This document shows, in pieces, positions 1 to 8,410 of a DNA stretch of 64,000 nucleotides (position 1 is the first letter of the stretch; each line of letters starts with the position of its first letter). The translations under genes were made by a program, and so were the position numbers. The stretch comes from an uncultured delta proteobacterium (GTDB lineage: Bacteria; Myxococcota_A; Polyangia; Polyangiales; Polyangiaceae), in the NCBI GenBank assembly GCA_963696385.1, contig CAVOKF010000003.1:576001-640000 (forward strand), read 5' to 3'. Under the pieces are notes generated by a model. The model was given only the letters and a program-made list of their open reading frames with translations, had not been told where the DNA came from and made no database searches.

Positions 1-267
1 TATGCGGGGCTCACCAGCTTCGCGACGCTGGAGCCCGAGTTCGTCAAGCTCGACATGTCCCTCGTCCGCGACGTGCACAAGAGCCCCATGAAGGAAAAGT
101 TGGTGGGGTCGATCACTTCGCTTTGCAAAGAATTAGGAATGATGGTCGTCGCGGAGGGCGTCGAGACGGCCCTCGAACGCGACATGCTCGTGGCGCTCGG
201 CTGCGACCTCTTGCAGGGGTATCTTCTCGCCATGCCCGGCCGGCCGTTTCCGACGTTTGCCTGGTGA
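1..267 (+). CDS. EAL-domain protein (c-di-GMP phosphodiesterase family), 3' part only; 5' end lies outside the window
   Basis: Frame 1 reads YAGLTSFATLEPEFVKLDMSLV...VVAEGVET...GCDLLQGY, the C-terminal EAL motifs (KLD, AEGVE, QGY). Confidence 0.9.
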   Translation, partial: YAGLTSFATLEPEFVKLDMSLVRDVHKSPMKEKLVGSITSLCKELGMMVVAEGVETALERDMLVALGCDLLQGYLLAMPGRPFPTFAW

Positions 268-372
268 ATGTGCCGAAAAGACTGGCGCTTGCCGCCCGTT
301 CACGGTTGAAATCCACGCGTGGCGCCCAGGCTCCCCTCCGCCGATTCCGAAACCGTACCGATCGCCCTTCCG

Positions 373-1065
373 ATGCCGGCGACGCCCCCCACCCACGTCG
401 CCGTCGTCCCGACTGCACCGGCCTTGGCCGACCTACCCCGACCGCCCGCAATCCAAATCGCCGTCGCTCGCGATTGCTCGGCCGACGCGGGCGCGACGGG
501 AGGCTTTCTCGACGTCCGCCGTCTCGACCTGGTGGCGCAATATCCGGACGGCACCCGAAGCGAACCATTCCCGTACGACATCGGAACGCGCAAGGCACTC
601 GATGCGGTCGTCATCGCTGCCCATTACTTCCGAGAAGGCTCGCGCTTCGTCTACCTTCGGTCGGCCGTCCGTCCACCTTGCGCTCTGCGCCCGATCGCGC
701 CGGCGCATGATGGATCCCTATGGGAGTTTCCGGCCGGCTTGGTCGAAGTGGGCGAAGAGCCACGGACCACCGCCGCACGCGAGCTCGGCGAAGAGCTCGG
801 CTTCTTCGTCGAGGCCGAAACCATCCGAGCGCTCGGCCCCTGGACATTTCCGGCCCCGGGGATGATCGGCGAACGTCATATTTTCTTCGAGGTCGAGGTC
901 GATCCCAACACACGATCGGTCCCGACGGAGGACGGATCGGCGCTCGAGCGCGCGGCCGCGATCCTCGTCGTTTCGCTCCGCGACGTCATCGAGAACTGCC
1001 GCACGGGTGCGATCCGGGATTCGAAGACCGAGCTCGCTGCGCGTCGGCTGGCGGAGCGCCTGTGA
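373..1065 (+). CDS. NUDIX hydrolase (ADP-ribose pyrophosphatase-like)
   Basis: Nudix box GLVEVGEEPRTTAARELGEELG, preceded by WEFPAG, followed by PAPGMIGE and C-terminal IRDSKT. ATG 373 chosen; the ORF is open from 319. Confidence 0.85.
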   Translation: MPATPPTHVAVVPTAPALADLPRPPAIQIAVARDCSADAGATGGFLDVRRLDLVAQYPDGTRSEPFPYDIGTRKALDAVVIAAHYFREGSRFVYLRSAVRPPCALRPIAPAHDGSLWEFPAGLVEVGEEPRTTAARELGEELGFFVEAETIRALGPWTFPAPGMIGERHIFFEVEVDPNTRSVPTEDGSALERAAAILVVSLRDVIENCRTGAIRDSKTELAARRLAERL

Positions 1066-2036
1066 GTGCTCCGACCGACGAGGATACGACCGCAGGCAGC
1101 GCGCCGCGTGTGTGCGTCGTTCTCAAACAGTCCTCCTGGCAGCGTTGGGTCGACGAGGAAGCGGATCCGCGGATCTTGGCGCTGCTCGAGGCGGGCGACG
1201 AGACGGTCCAGCGCATGCGCGCAAGTCATGTCGACCACCTTGAAACCATCGACGAGGTTCGTGCCGCCCTCGCCGAGTTGCGAGTCGAATCGATGTGGTC
1301 CGATCATCCGCATGGGTTTAGCGTCGAGGGTCGTTGCAATCTCGTCGTCACGGTCGGCGGAGACGGGACGCTTCTCGGTGCCTCGCACGGAATCGGCACC
1401 GGCGTTCCGCTCCTCGGGGTCAACAGCGCGCCCGACCACTCCGTGGGTTTTTTCTGCGGCGCTAGCAAAGGCCACGTCCATGCGGCCCTTGCGGCCGCAT
1501 TGCGCGGCGCCCTTCCACGCACGGAGCTCACACGGATGAGCGTCGATCTGAACGGACGCAGGCTGTTCGACCGAGTGCTCAACGAGTCGCTCTTTTGCCA
1601 CGTCTCGCCCGCCGCAACTTCAAGGTATATCTTGCGCAAAATCGATGCGCGCCGGCAGGTTTTGGCCGGCGAAGAACAGAAATCCAGCGGGCTCTGGGTG
1701 GGGCCGGCCGCGGGATCCACGGCAGCGCAGCAGAGCGCGGGGGGCCGCGTATTGCCGCTTAGCTCTCAAAGCTTGCAATACGTCGTACGCGAACCGTATC
1801 GGCCCCATGGTGAAGCCCTCGAACTTACGTGTGGGTTGATTGACCAGGGAGAGGTCTTGGCCATCAAGAGCAAGATGAAGCAATCCTGTCTCTTCGTGGA
1901 TGGTGACCACCTCGTCGCAGAAGTGACGATCGGCGACGTCGTCGAGATGCGCCGCTCCGACCAGCCGCTGCTTGTGCTAGGTCTCGGCGCAAATGGCCGT
2001 AGGCGTAGCGCGCTCGGGAGCCCCGCCGCCGGTTAG
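1062..2036 (+). CDS. nadK: NAD(+)/NADH kinase
   Basis: GGDGT motif (VTVGGDGTLL), LNE motif, KSSGLWVGPAAGSTAA...SAGG. GTG start overlaps the NUDIX stop (GTGA). Confidence 0.9.
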   Translation: MSAPTDEDTTAGSAPRVCVVLKQSSWQRWVDEEADPRILALLEAGDETVQRMRASHVDHLETIDEVRAALAELRVESMWSDHPHGFSVEGRCNLVVTVGGDGTLLGASHGIGTGVPLLGVNSAPDHSVGFFCGASKGHVHAALAAALRGALPRTELTRMSVDLNGRRLFDRVLNESLFCHVSPAATSRYILRKIDARRQVLAGEEQKSSGLWVGPAAGSTAAQQSAGGRVLPLSSQSLQYVVREPYRPHGEALELTCGLIDQGEVLAIKSKMKQSCLFVDGDHLVAEVTIGDVVEMRRSDQPLLVLGLGANGRRRSALGSPAAG

Positions 2037-2227
2037 GCCAAACGAGCGCCGATGCCGCCAAGCGGCCCGGGCGGGGCACGGGCCCCGACCCCTTGTCTCG
2101 TTCGGATCGCTGCGTACGATGCTGCGCGCCGCTACCTGCGTTTTGCAGGCGTGTGGAACTGTCGTCCGGCATGAGTCGGGATTAAGGTTTGTTGGAACCG
2201 TCGCGAGTGGGTCGGCCGAGGCGCTGC

Positions 2228-3334
2228 ATGTCCATTTTTGATGCAGGAAAGCCCCATCCCCGCCGACCGCGCCAAGGATCGGCTCTGCGAGTTCAATCGC
2301 CCGCCGTGTCGCAGGCGCTCGGGATGCGCTCCTTTGGCCTGGACTCCAGCGGACCCGAACGCCTCGCGAGCGGAGCCGCCCTGCTGGTGGGCAACTTCGC
2401 TTCCCAGGATTGGCTGATTCTCGGGTATTTGGTCGCGTTGCTCGTCGCTCTCGCCCTCGGCGCCGGGCACAACCGGGCGGCCTGCGCGGTGCGAGTGTGT
2501 GCCGATCTTACGGGGTACCTATTCGTGCTCACGATGGTACGGCTTCCGGTGCTTCGCTGGAGCGGCTCGCTGAGTTCGCTACTTTATCGGCTCGCGGTCG
2601 TCGCGACAGTGGTTGGATCGTTCTTCCAACTGCGCGAGATTCTTCCCGCCGTGAGTCCCTGGGCGGATGACTCGCGCATCTACGCTTTCGACTTGCATGT
2701 GTTCGGGTTCGAGCCGAGCGTGTGGCTCGATCGGTTCGTATCGCGACCGTCGACGGAGTGGTTCGCCTTCTTCTATTTTCTGTATTTCTTGATCCTGACC
2801 ATTCACGTGCTGCCCATGCTTTTGTTCGAGCGCAACGTTCAAGTGCTGGGTCGTTTCGCGGTGGGGCTGTTGCTGGTGTTCTTGACGGCTCACCTGCTTT
2901 ATATGGTCGTGCCCGGTTGGGGGCCGTACTGGTACCTGCATGGATCGTTTCGCCGTCCGCTCGTCGGTGGACCCTTCTGGAAGCTCGTCGGTGCCACGGT
3001 CGATGCCGGGGGAGCGCAGAAGGACATTTTCCCCTCCCTTCATACGGCCGTGCCTACGTTCTTTGCGATCTTCAGCTGCCGTCACCGAAAATTGGCGCCT
3101 TTCAAGTATACCTGGGTCGTCATGTCGTTTTTTGCGACGCAGATGATCCTCGCAACCATGTTCTTGCGTTGGCATTACCTCGTGGACGTCGTCGCCGGCG
3201 TCACGTTGGCCGTCGCCGGCGCCTACGCCGGGGCTCGGATCGCCGATTGGGAGCACGCGAAGCGCGAACGACTCGGGCTTCAGGCCGCGTGGATGCCGCT
3301 CGTATACCCTTGGGAGCGCACGGGCGGCGGCTGA
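2228..3334 (+). CDS. PAP2-superfamily membrane phosphoesterase/phosphotransferase (AUR1/IPC-synthase-like, PAP2_3)
   Basis: Multiple TM segments; motifs VVPGWGP, FPSLHTA and RWHYLVDVVAG. Start uncertain. Confidence 0.8.
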   Translation: MSIFDAGKPHPRRPRQGSALRVQSPAVSQALGMRSFGLDSSGPERLASGAALLVGNFASQDWLILGYLVALLVALALGAGHNRAACAVRVCADLTGYLFVLTMVRLPVLRWSGSLSSLLYRLAVVATVVGSFFQLREILPAVSPWADDSRIYAFDLHVFGFEPSVWLDRFVSRPSTEWFAFFYFLYFLILTIHVLPMLLFERNVQVLGRFAVGLLLVFLTAHLLYMVVPGWGPYWYLHGSFRRPLVGGPFWKLVGATVDAGGAQKDIFPSLHTAVPTFFAIFSCRHRKLAPFKYTWVVMSFFATQMILATMFLRWHYLVDVVAGVTLAVAGAYAGARIADWEHAKRERLGLQAAWMPLVYPWERTGGG

Positions 3335-3346
3335 GCGGACGACCCC

Positions 3347-4399
3347 ATGCTCGGATTCGAGATTATCGGCACGGGCCACTATGTGCCGGGGCGCCCCGTG
3401 TCGAACGACGACTTGTCGCGGGTCATGGACACGAGCGACGAATGGATCTTCAAGCGGTCGGGGATCCGGCAACGGCACTATGCCCCTGAAGGCGTAGGCG
3501 CAAGCGACCTCGCCGTGGAGGCGAGCAAGCGGGCGCTCGAGGCCGCCTGCGTTCGGCCGGACGAGATCGATTACGTCATTTTTTCTACGATGACGCCGGA
3601 CTACATTTTTCCGGGACCGGGAGCGCTGCTCGCGCACAAGCTCGGGCTAAGCGGCACGCCGGCCCTCGACATCCGGCAGCAATGCGCGGCGATGCTCTTC
3701 GGGTTGCAGATCGTCGACGGGCTCGTGCAAAGTCGAGCGGCCCGCACGATTCTGTTCGTCGGCGCCGAAGCGCACGCTGGGTTCATGCCTTGGGAGGACT
3801 GGGATGCGCTCGAACCCGGCGGCCGCAGCGCCAGCCCCGAAGCCAAAGCCCGCGCCAACAAGCATCGGGCTCTCGCCGTGCTCTTCGGCGATGGTGCAGG
3901 GGCATTGGTGTTTCGAGCGACCGAACGCGACGCGGGGCTGCGCGGAATCAAACTTCACACGGACGGGGCCGCGGCGAAACTTTTGTACGTGGAAGGGGGC
4001 GGCTTTCGGTCACGCCCTTACTGGAAGCACTCGGACTACGACGAGCAACGGTACATCCCGACGATGGACGGGCGCGAGCTTTTCAAGTTCGCAGTCACAC
4101 GTCTTCCGGAATGCGCCCGCGCGCTGTGCACCGAGACCGATACGCCCATGGACACCATTGACCTGTTCTTGGCACACCAGGCCAATTCAAGAATCAACGA
4201 CTATGTCCGCGATCAGCTGGGTGTTCCACCCCACAAGCTGCCTTCGAACATCGACCGCTTCGGCAACACCAGCGCGGCCACGCTTCCCATTTTGATCGAC
4301 GAACAAACGCGCGCGGGCCATCTGAAGGCGGGTGATTTGTGCATGCTTTTGGCGCTGGGCGCAGGCGTGCATTGGGGATGTGCGCTCGTGCGCTGGTAG
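3347..4399 (+). CDS. fabH: 3-oxoacyl-ACP synthase III (FabH family)
   Basis: GTGHYVP, DTSDEWI..RSGI, catalytic Cys (QQCAA), LFGDGAGA, His (AHQAN), Asn (GNTSAA). Confidence 0.9.
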   Translation: MLGFEIIGTGHYVPGRPVSNDDLSRVMDTSDEWIFKRSGIRQRHYAPEGVGASDLAVEASKRALEAACVRPDEIDYVIFSTMTPDYIFPGPGALLAHKLGLSGTPALDIRQQCAAMLFGLQIVDGLVQSRAARTILFVGAEAHAGFMPWEDWDALEPGGRSASPEAKARANKHRALAVLFGDGAGALVFRATERDAGLRGIKLHTDGAAAKLLYVEGGGFRSRPYWKHSDYDEQRYIPTMDGRELFKFAVTRLPECARALCTETDTPMDTIDLFLAHQANSRINDYVRDQLGVPPHKLPSNIDRFGNTSAATLPILIDEQTRAGHLKAGDLCMLLALGAGVHWGCALVRW

Positions 4400-4440
4400 G
4401 CTGAAAGCGAGCTACGCATCCGCGTGACCCCGTCCGCGCG

Positions 4441-4449
4441 TGCTACGCT
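4441..4449 (+). promoter_or_regulatory. Extended -10 element (TGcTACGCT), 8 nt upstream of ATG 4458
   Basis: Matches TGnTAnnnT; no Shine-Dalgarno sequence between it and the ATG. Confidence 0.4.
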
Positions 4450-4457
4450 TGTCCTTC

Positions 4458-5078
4458 ATGCTGCGCGCGAAGCTCCGTACACGGGCCGCGGGCCTCTTGC
4501 TCGGGTTAGTTGGGGCGGCGTTCGGGCCCATCGTTCCGAAAGCGGCACAGGCTTCGGTCTCGATTGCAGCCACATGGGACGGTCTCTTGCGCGAATCGAC
4601 GGCCGTCGCCATCGTCACGCCCACCGATACCACATCGGTCTGGGAGAACGGCCGGATCTACAGCTATACGCAGCTGAGCGTCGATCGCGCGATTGCCGGA
4701 CCGCTGACGACAGGAAGCGCCGCAGTCGTTCGGACACTTGGCGGCATCGTGGGCAACCTCGGGCAAGAGGTCGAGGGAGAAGCGGTCTTTACGCCGGGCA
4801 AGTCATCGCTCGTTTTCTTCCGGGCCTACGCGCAAAGCGCCGCGATCCATACCTTCGAAGTCGCGGCACGCGGTCAGGGCCAGTTTCCCGTCGTCGCCGG
4901 TGATGGCCAACAACCCGCGCGCGTGGTGCGCAGCCACAACGCCGGAATGATCGTTTTGCCTCGCGTCCCCTCCCCCGTCATCGAGCCCCTTCTCGCGGCG
5001 GACGTCCTTCACGGAAGCACGGTCGACGACGCCGCGCGGAACATCCAGTCCGCGTGGGAACGCCTGCATGTTCCGTGA
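4458..5078 (+). CDS. Secreted hypothetical protein (beta-rich, possibly OB/TIMP-like fold)
   Basis: Sec-type signal peptide ending AAQA; pattern L..S..V...T.S.W....I.S...L.V...I.G.......VRTLGG.VG. Overlaps the matrixin start by 11 nt. Confidence 0.7.
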   Translation: MLRAKLRTRAAGLLLGLVGAAFGPIVPKAAQASVSIAATWDGLLRESTAVAIVTPTDTTSVWENGRIYSYTQLSVDRAIAGPLTTGSAAVVRTLGGIVGNLGQEVEGEAVFTPGKSSLVFFRAYAQSAAIHTFEVAARGQGQFPVVAGDGQQPARVVRSHNAGMIVLPRVPSPVIEPLLAADVLHGSTVDDAARNIQSAWERLHVP

Positions 5079-6072
5079 AACGCCGGCGGTCCTTATCTTC
5101 GTCGCCATCGTCGTAGCGGCACGGAGCGCAGGCGGGTACTGCCGGACGTCGACGTGTACCCTGCCGGCGGACTATTCGCCTTCGGTGGAGGGCGAATGCT
5201 ACCCCACCGATTTCGTTGCAACGTGCCAGGCCCAAACGACCCCCGTCACCCCGGTTCCGCTCTGGTGGCGAAACGCGTGCGTCAGCTACGACATTCAACA
5301 GAATGCGAGCCTCCAGGTCCCTTACGATACGGCTGCACTGCTCGCCGCCGAAGCGTTCTCGAAGTGGACAGAAACGATCTGCCAAACCGCTGGAGGCTGG
5401 GGTCGCGTCAGCATCGACGCCCGCGATCTCGGACCCGTGAGCTGCGACCAGGTGCAGTACAATTCGGACCAAGGAAATCAGCACGTCATCATCTTTCGAG
5501 ACGACGGTTCGAGCGATTTCGACACGATTAACACACTCGGGTTGACGACCGTGACCTTCGACCCCACCACGGGCGAGATCTACGACGCCGACATGGAGAT
5601 CAACAGCAGCGTGACGCTCGCCATCGGCGACCCGGTGCCCGCGGATGGGTACGATTTTCAGAGCATCATTACGCACGAAGCCGGCCACTTCCTGGGACTG
5701 GCGCATTCGGTGGCTACCGACACCACGATGTATGCGATCTATTCCCCCGGATCGACGAGCAAACGAATTCTGACTGCGGACGACATGGCCGGAATCTGCG
5801 CTATCTATCCTCCGGACGGCACCCGGTCGGTGGACCCCTCGGTCGCCCCGAGCGGCCAAGTGGCCCGGGACGTTTGCGATCCGACTCCGCGCCACGGCTT
5901 TCAGAGCCAGTGTGCAGAGCCGGTGAGTGCGTCCTGCAGTGCGTCACCCGTAGAGCCCTCTTCCTCGCCGGTGCCTCTCGTTTCGGGGGCCGCAGCACTC
6001 GTGAGTGCAGCCGGCGCATTCCGGCGCTGGCATCGCCGCTCAGACACGCGCGGTCGCGCGTCGTCCGGGTGA
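5068..6072 (+). CDS. Matrixin/M10-family Zn metalloprotease with MYXO-CTERM-like tail
   Basis: HEAGHFLGLAH (HExxHxxGxxH), Met-turn TTMYA, DADMEIN; signal peptide; C-terminal SCSAS + hydrophobic segment + RRWHRR. Confidence 0.9.
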   Translation: MFRETPAVLIFVAIVVAARSAGGYCRTSTCTLPADYSPSVEGECYPTDFVATCQAQTTPVTPVPLWWRNACVSYDIQQNASLQVPYDTAALLAAEAFSKWTETICQTAGGWGRVSIDARDLGPVSCDQVQYNSDQGNQHVIIFRDDGSSDFDTINTLGLTTVTFDPTTGEIYDADMEINSSVTLAIGDPVPADGYDFQSIITHEAGHFLGLAHSVATDTTMYAIYSPGSTSKRILTADDMAGICAIYPPDGTRSVDPSVAPSGQVARDVCDPTPRHGFQSQCAEPVSASCSASPVEPSSSPVPLVSGAAALVSAAGAFRRWHRRSDTRGRASSG

Positions 6073-7268
6073 GGGCCGCGCACGAGACCGTCCTGAAGTC
6101 GACATCCGCTGCGAAACCGCGGGTCGTGGCGGTCCAGGACGACTTGCAGAGCGTCGCCACGGATGCGGCCCGGGCACGATTCGTGGCGGTAGACGTCGAG
6201 GCGAGCGGCATGCACGCCTACCGCGCGCGCGCGTGCACCGTTCAATTGGCGTGGGAGGATGGCGGCCACATCGCCGTCATCGATGCCGTCGAAATGTCGA
6301 TCTCGGGTCTGTCGGATCTGTTCGGCGCGCGTGGACCGACCAAGATCGTGCACGACGTCGCATTCGATGCCCGCCTTCTCGCCGACAGTGGCCTCGAGCT
6401 GGAAGGGGTTCACGACACGGCTATCGCGGCCCGAATGCTCGGCCGGCCCGCTACCGGACTCGCCTCTCTGCTCGATTCCGAGCTCGGCCTGCGTATCGGC
6501 AAGGACATGCAGCATCACGACTGGCGACTGCGCCCGCTCGACGACCGAATGGTCGCTTATCTCGCCCAGGACGTGCAGCACCTGGAAGCGCTGCATCGAA
6601 GGCTATGGGGCGAGGTCGTCGACAAAGGCATCGATGAAGCCGTCGTCGAGGAGACGCGCTATCGCATTGCGTGCGCCATCGCGGCGGCCAGACAAGACCC
6701 TACCCTTCCGACGTATCTGCGTCTGAAAGGGGCCGATCGGCTCGGCGAGCGAGAACTCGCCGCATTGCGCGCGCTCGTGCTGCTGCGTGAACTCGAGGCG
6801 CAAGCACGCGACGTACCCCCGCACAAGGTTGCCGCCCACGAACTGGTGTTGGCGATGGCCAGCGCGAGACCCGCGACGTGGGGCGAGCTCGAACGCATAC
6901 GAGGCATCTCGATCTCACCCGAAACACGGCCGTTCTTCGAGAATGCTCTCCGTGCGCTCGCTGACGCCCACGATCGCGTGCCCGACGAGGAGCGAGCTCT
7001 CATCCATCCGGAACGGCTGCCGACGGGCATCCTCCAGGCGCGCAGGGAGCGCGAAAAGCGACTTGTCGCCTGGCGGCGCGCGGAGGCAAGACGGCGAGGG
7101 GTGGACGAACAGGTCGTGCTTCCGGGGCATTGCCTCAAGACCGCCACGGCGGCGGAGATCGCGACCGTGGAGGCGCTCGCGACCGTCCCCGGTATCGGTG
7201 CATTTCGAATCCGGCGCGACGGCGAAGCGATTGTCGCAGCGTTGATCGGCGACGGGGCACCCGCGTGA
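6069..7268 (+). CDS. rnd: Ribonuclease D (DEDDy exonuclease + HRDC)
   Basis: AVDVEA, HDVAFD, DTAIAA, DWRLRPL, YLAQDV; REXXAXXRDVPP HRDC region. GTG overlaps the upstream stop. Confidence 0.85.
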   Translation: MRAAHETVLKSTSAAKPRVVAVQDDLQSVATDAARARFVAVDVEASGMHAYRARACTVQLAWEDGGHIAVIDAVEMSISGLSDLFGARGPTKIVHDVAFDARLLADSGLELEGVHDTAIAARMLGRPATGLASLLDSELGLRIGKDMQHHDWRLRPLDDRMVAYLAQDVQHLEALHRRLWGEVVDKGIDEAVVEETRYRIACAIAAARQDPTLPTYLRLKGADRLGERELAALRALVLLRELEAQARDVPPHKVAAHELVLAMASARPATWGELERIRGISISPETRPFFENALRALADAHDRVPDEERALIHPERLPTGILQARREREKRLVAWRRAEARRRGVDEQVVLPGHCLKTATAAEIATVEALATVPGIGAFRIRRDGEAIVAALIGDGAPA

Positions 7269-8404
7269 CGTCGCTGCTGGTGGTAGCGGGCGAGGCGTCC
7301 GGAGATCGCGCAGCGGCTGCCGTCGTGGGACGGTTGAACGGCGTCCAGGCGTTCGGCCTGGGCGGCCCAGCTCTCGCCGAACAAGGGGTCGAACTGGTGA
7401 GCGACCTTCGCTCCTCGACGGCACTGGGCGTCGGCGAAACCGCCGTCCGCGCGTGGCACGTGCTCAGGGCTTGGCGGGCGGTCCTCCAGGCATCGCGGCG
7501 CCGCCGCCCGTGCGCTGCGCTCCTCGTCAACTACAGCGAGTTCAATACTCACGTCGCCCGACGCCTTCACGCGATGGACGTTCGGGTCGTCTGGTACGGC
7601 GCCCCCCAAGTGTGGGCCTGGCGCCCGCGCCGCGTCACCACGTTGGGTCCCTTCGTAGACCGCATGGCGGTCGTACTGCCGTTCGAGGAACGCATCTGGC
7701 GCGAGGCAGGAGTCGACGCGCGCTACGTGGGACATCCGGCGCTCGAGGCGAACGCGCTCGACCGCGAGAGCGCGCGACGCGCGCTTGCCATGACGCCTTA
7801 CGCGGCCGCGATCGCCGTTCTACCCGGGAGCCGGCCGCATGAGGCGCGCCAGTTGCTCGAGCCCATGCTCGAAGCCTACGACCGCGTTCGGTCCAATCGC
7901 GCCAGCATCGATGCGCGCGTCCTGATTGCACCCAGCCTCGACGACTCAACCCGCCGCTGGGTGCGACGGCGCGCCTCGGAGCGACGCGTGCCGACGTTTG
8001 ATGTTTCGCCGCAGGCAGGCGCATCTCGCGTCCTGCGAGCGTTCGACGCAGCGCTCTGTGCTTCAGGTACCGCGTCGCTCGAGGCGACGCTCGCGCGAGC
8101 CGTGCCCATCGTCGCTTATCGCGTTGGACTCACCACCGAGATCGCGGCACGACTTTGGGTGCGGACGGCCAACGTGGCCCTGCCAAACGTCGTGCTCGGC
8201 CGCAGAGTCTTCGCCGAGCTACTCCAGCGGGAAGCTCGAGCTCGCGACATGGCCGACGCGGTCGCCGATGCGCTCGATCGACGGCCGGGGTTCGTGGCCG
8301 CCTGCGACGAGGTGGAGGCGGTATTGGGTACCCAGCACACGCCATCGATCGCGGTCGCAGAGATGCTAGCGCCATGGCTCGGCAAGAGCAGCCATGCGGG
8401 CTGA
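7265..8404 (+). CDS. lpxB: Lipid-A-disaccharide synthase
   Basis: VAGEASGD, PQVWAWR, LPFE, YVGHP, LPGSR, SGTASLE, LPNVV, ELLQ. Confidence 0.92.
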   Translation: MTSLLVVAGEASGDRAAAAVVGRLNGVQAFGLGGPALAEQGVELVSDLRSSTALGVGETAVRAWHVLRAWRAVLQASRRRRPCAALLVNYSEFNTHVARRLHAMDVRVVWYGAPQVWAWRPRRVTTLGPFVDRMAVVLPFEERIWREAGVDARYVGHPALEANALDRESARRALAMTPYAAAIAVLPGSRPHEARQLLEPMLEAYDRVRSNRASIDARVLIAPSLDDSTRRWVRRRASERRVPTFDVSPQAGASRVLRAFDAALCASGTASLEATLARAVPIVAYRVGLTTEIAARLWVRTANVALPNVVLGRRVFAELLQREARARDMADAVADALDRRPGFVAACDEVEAVLGTQHTPSIAVAEMLAPWLGKSSHAG

Positions 8405-8410
8405 TTCGTC

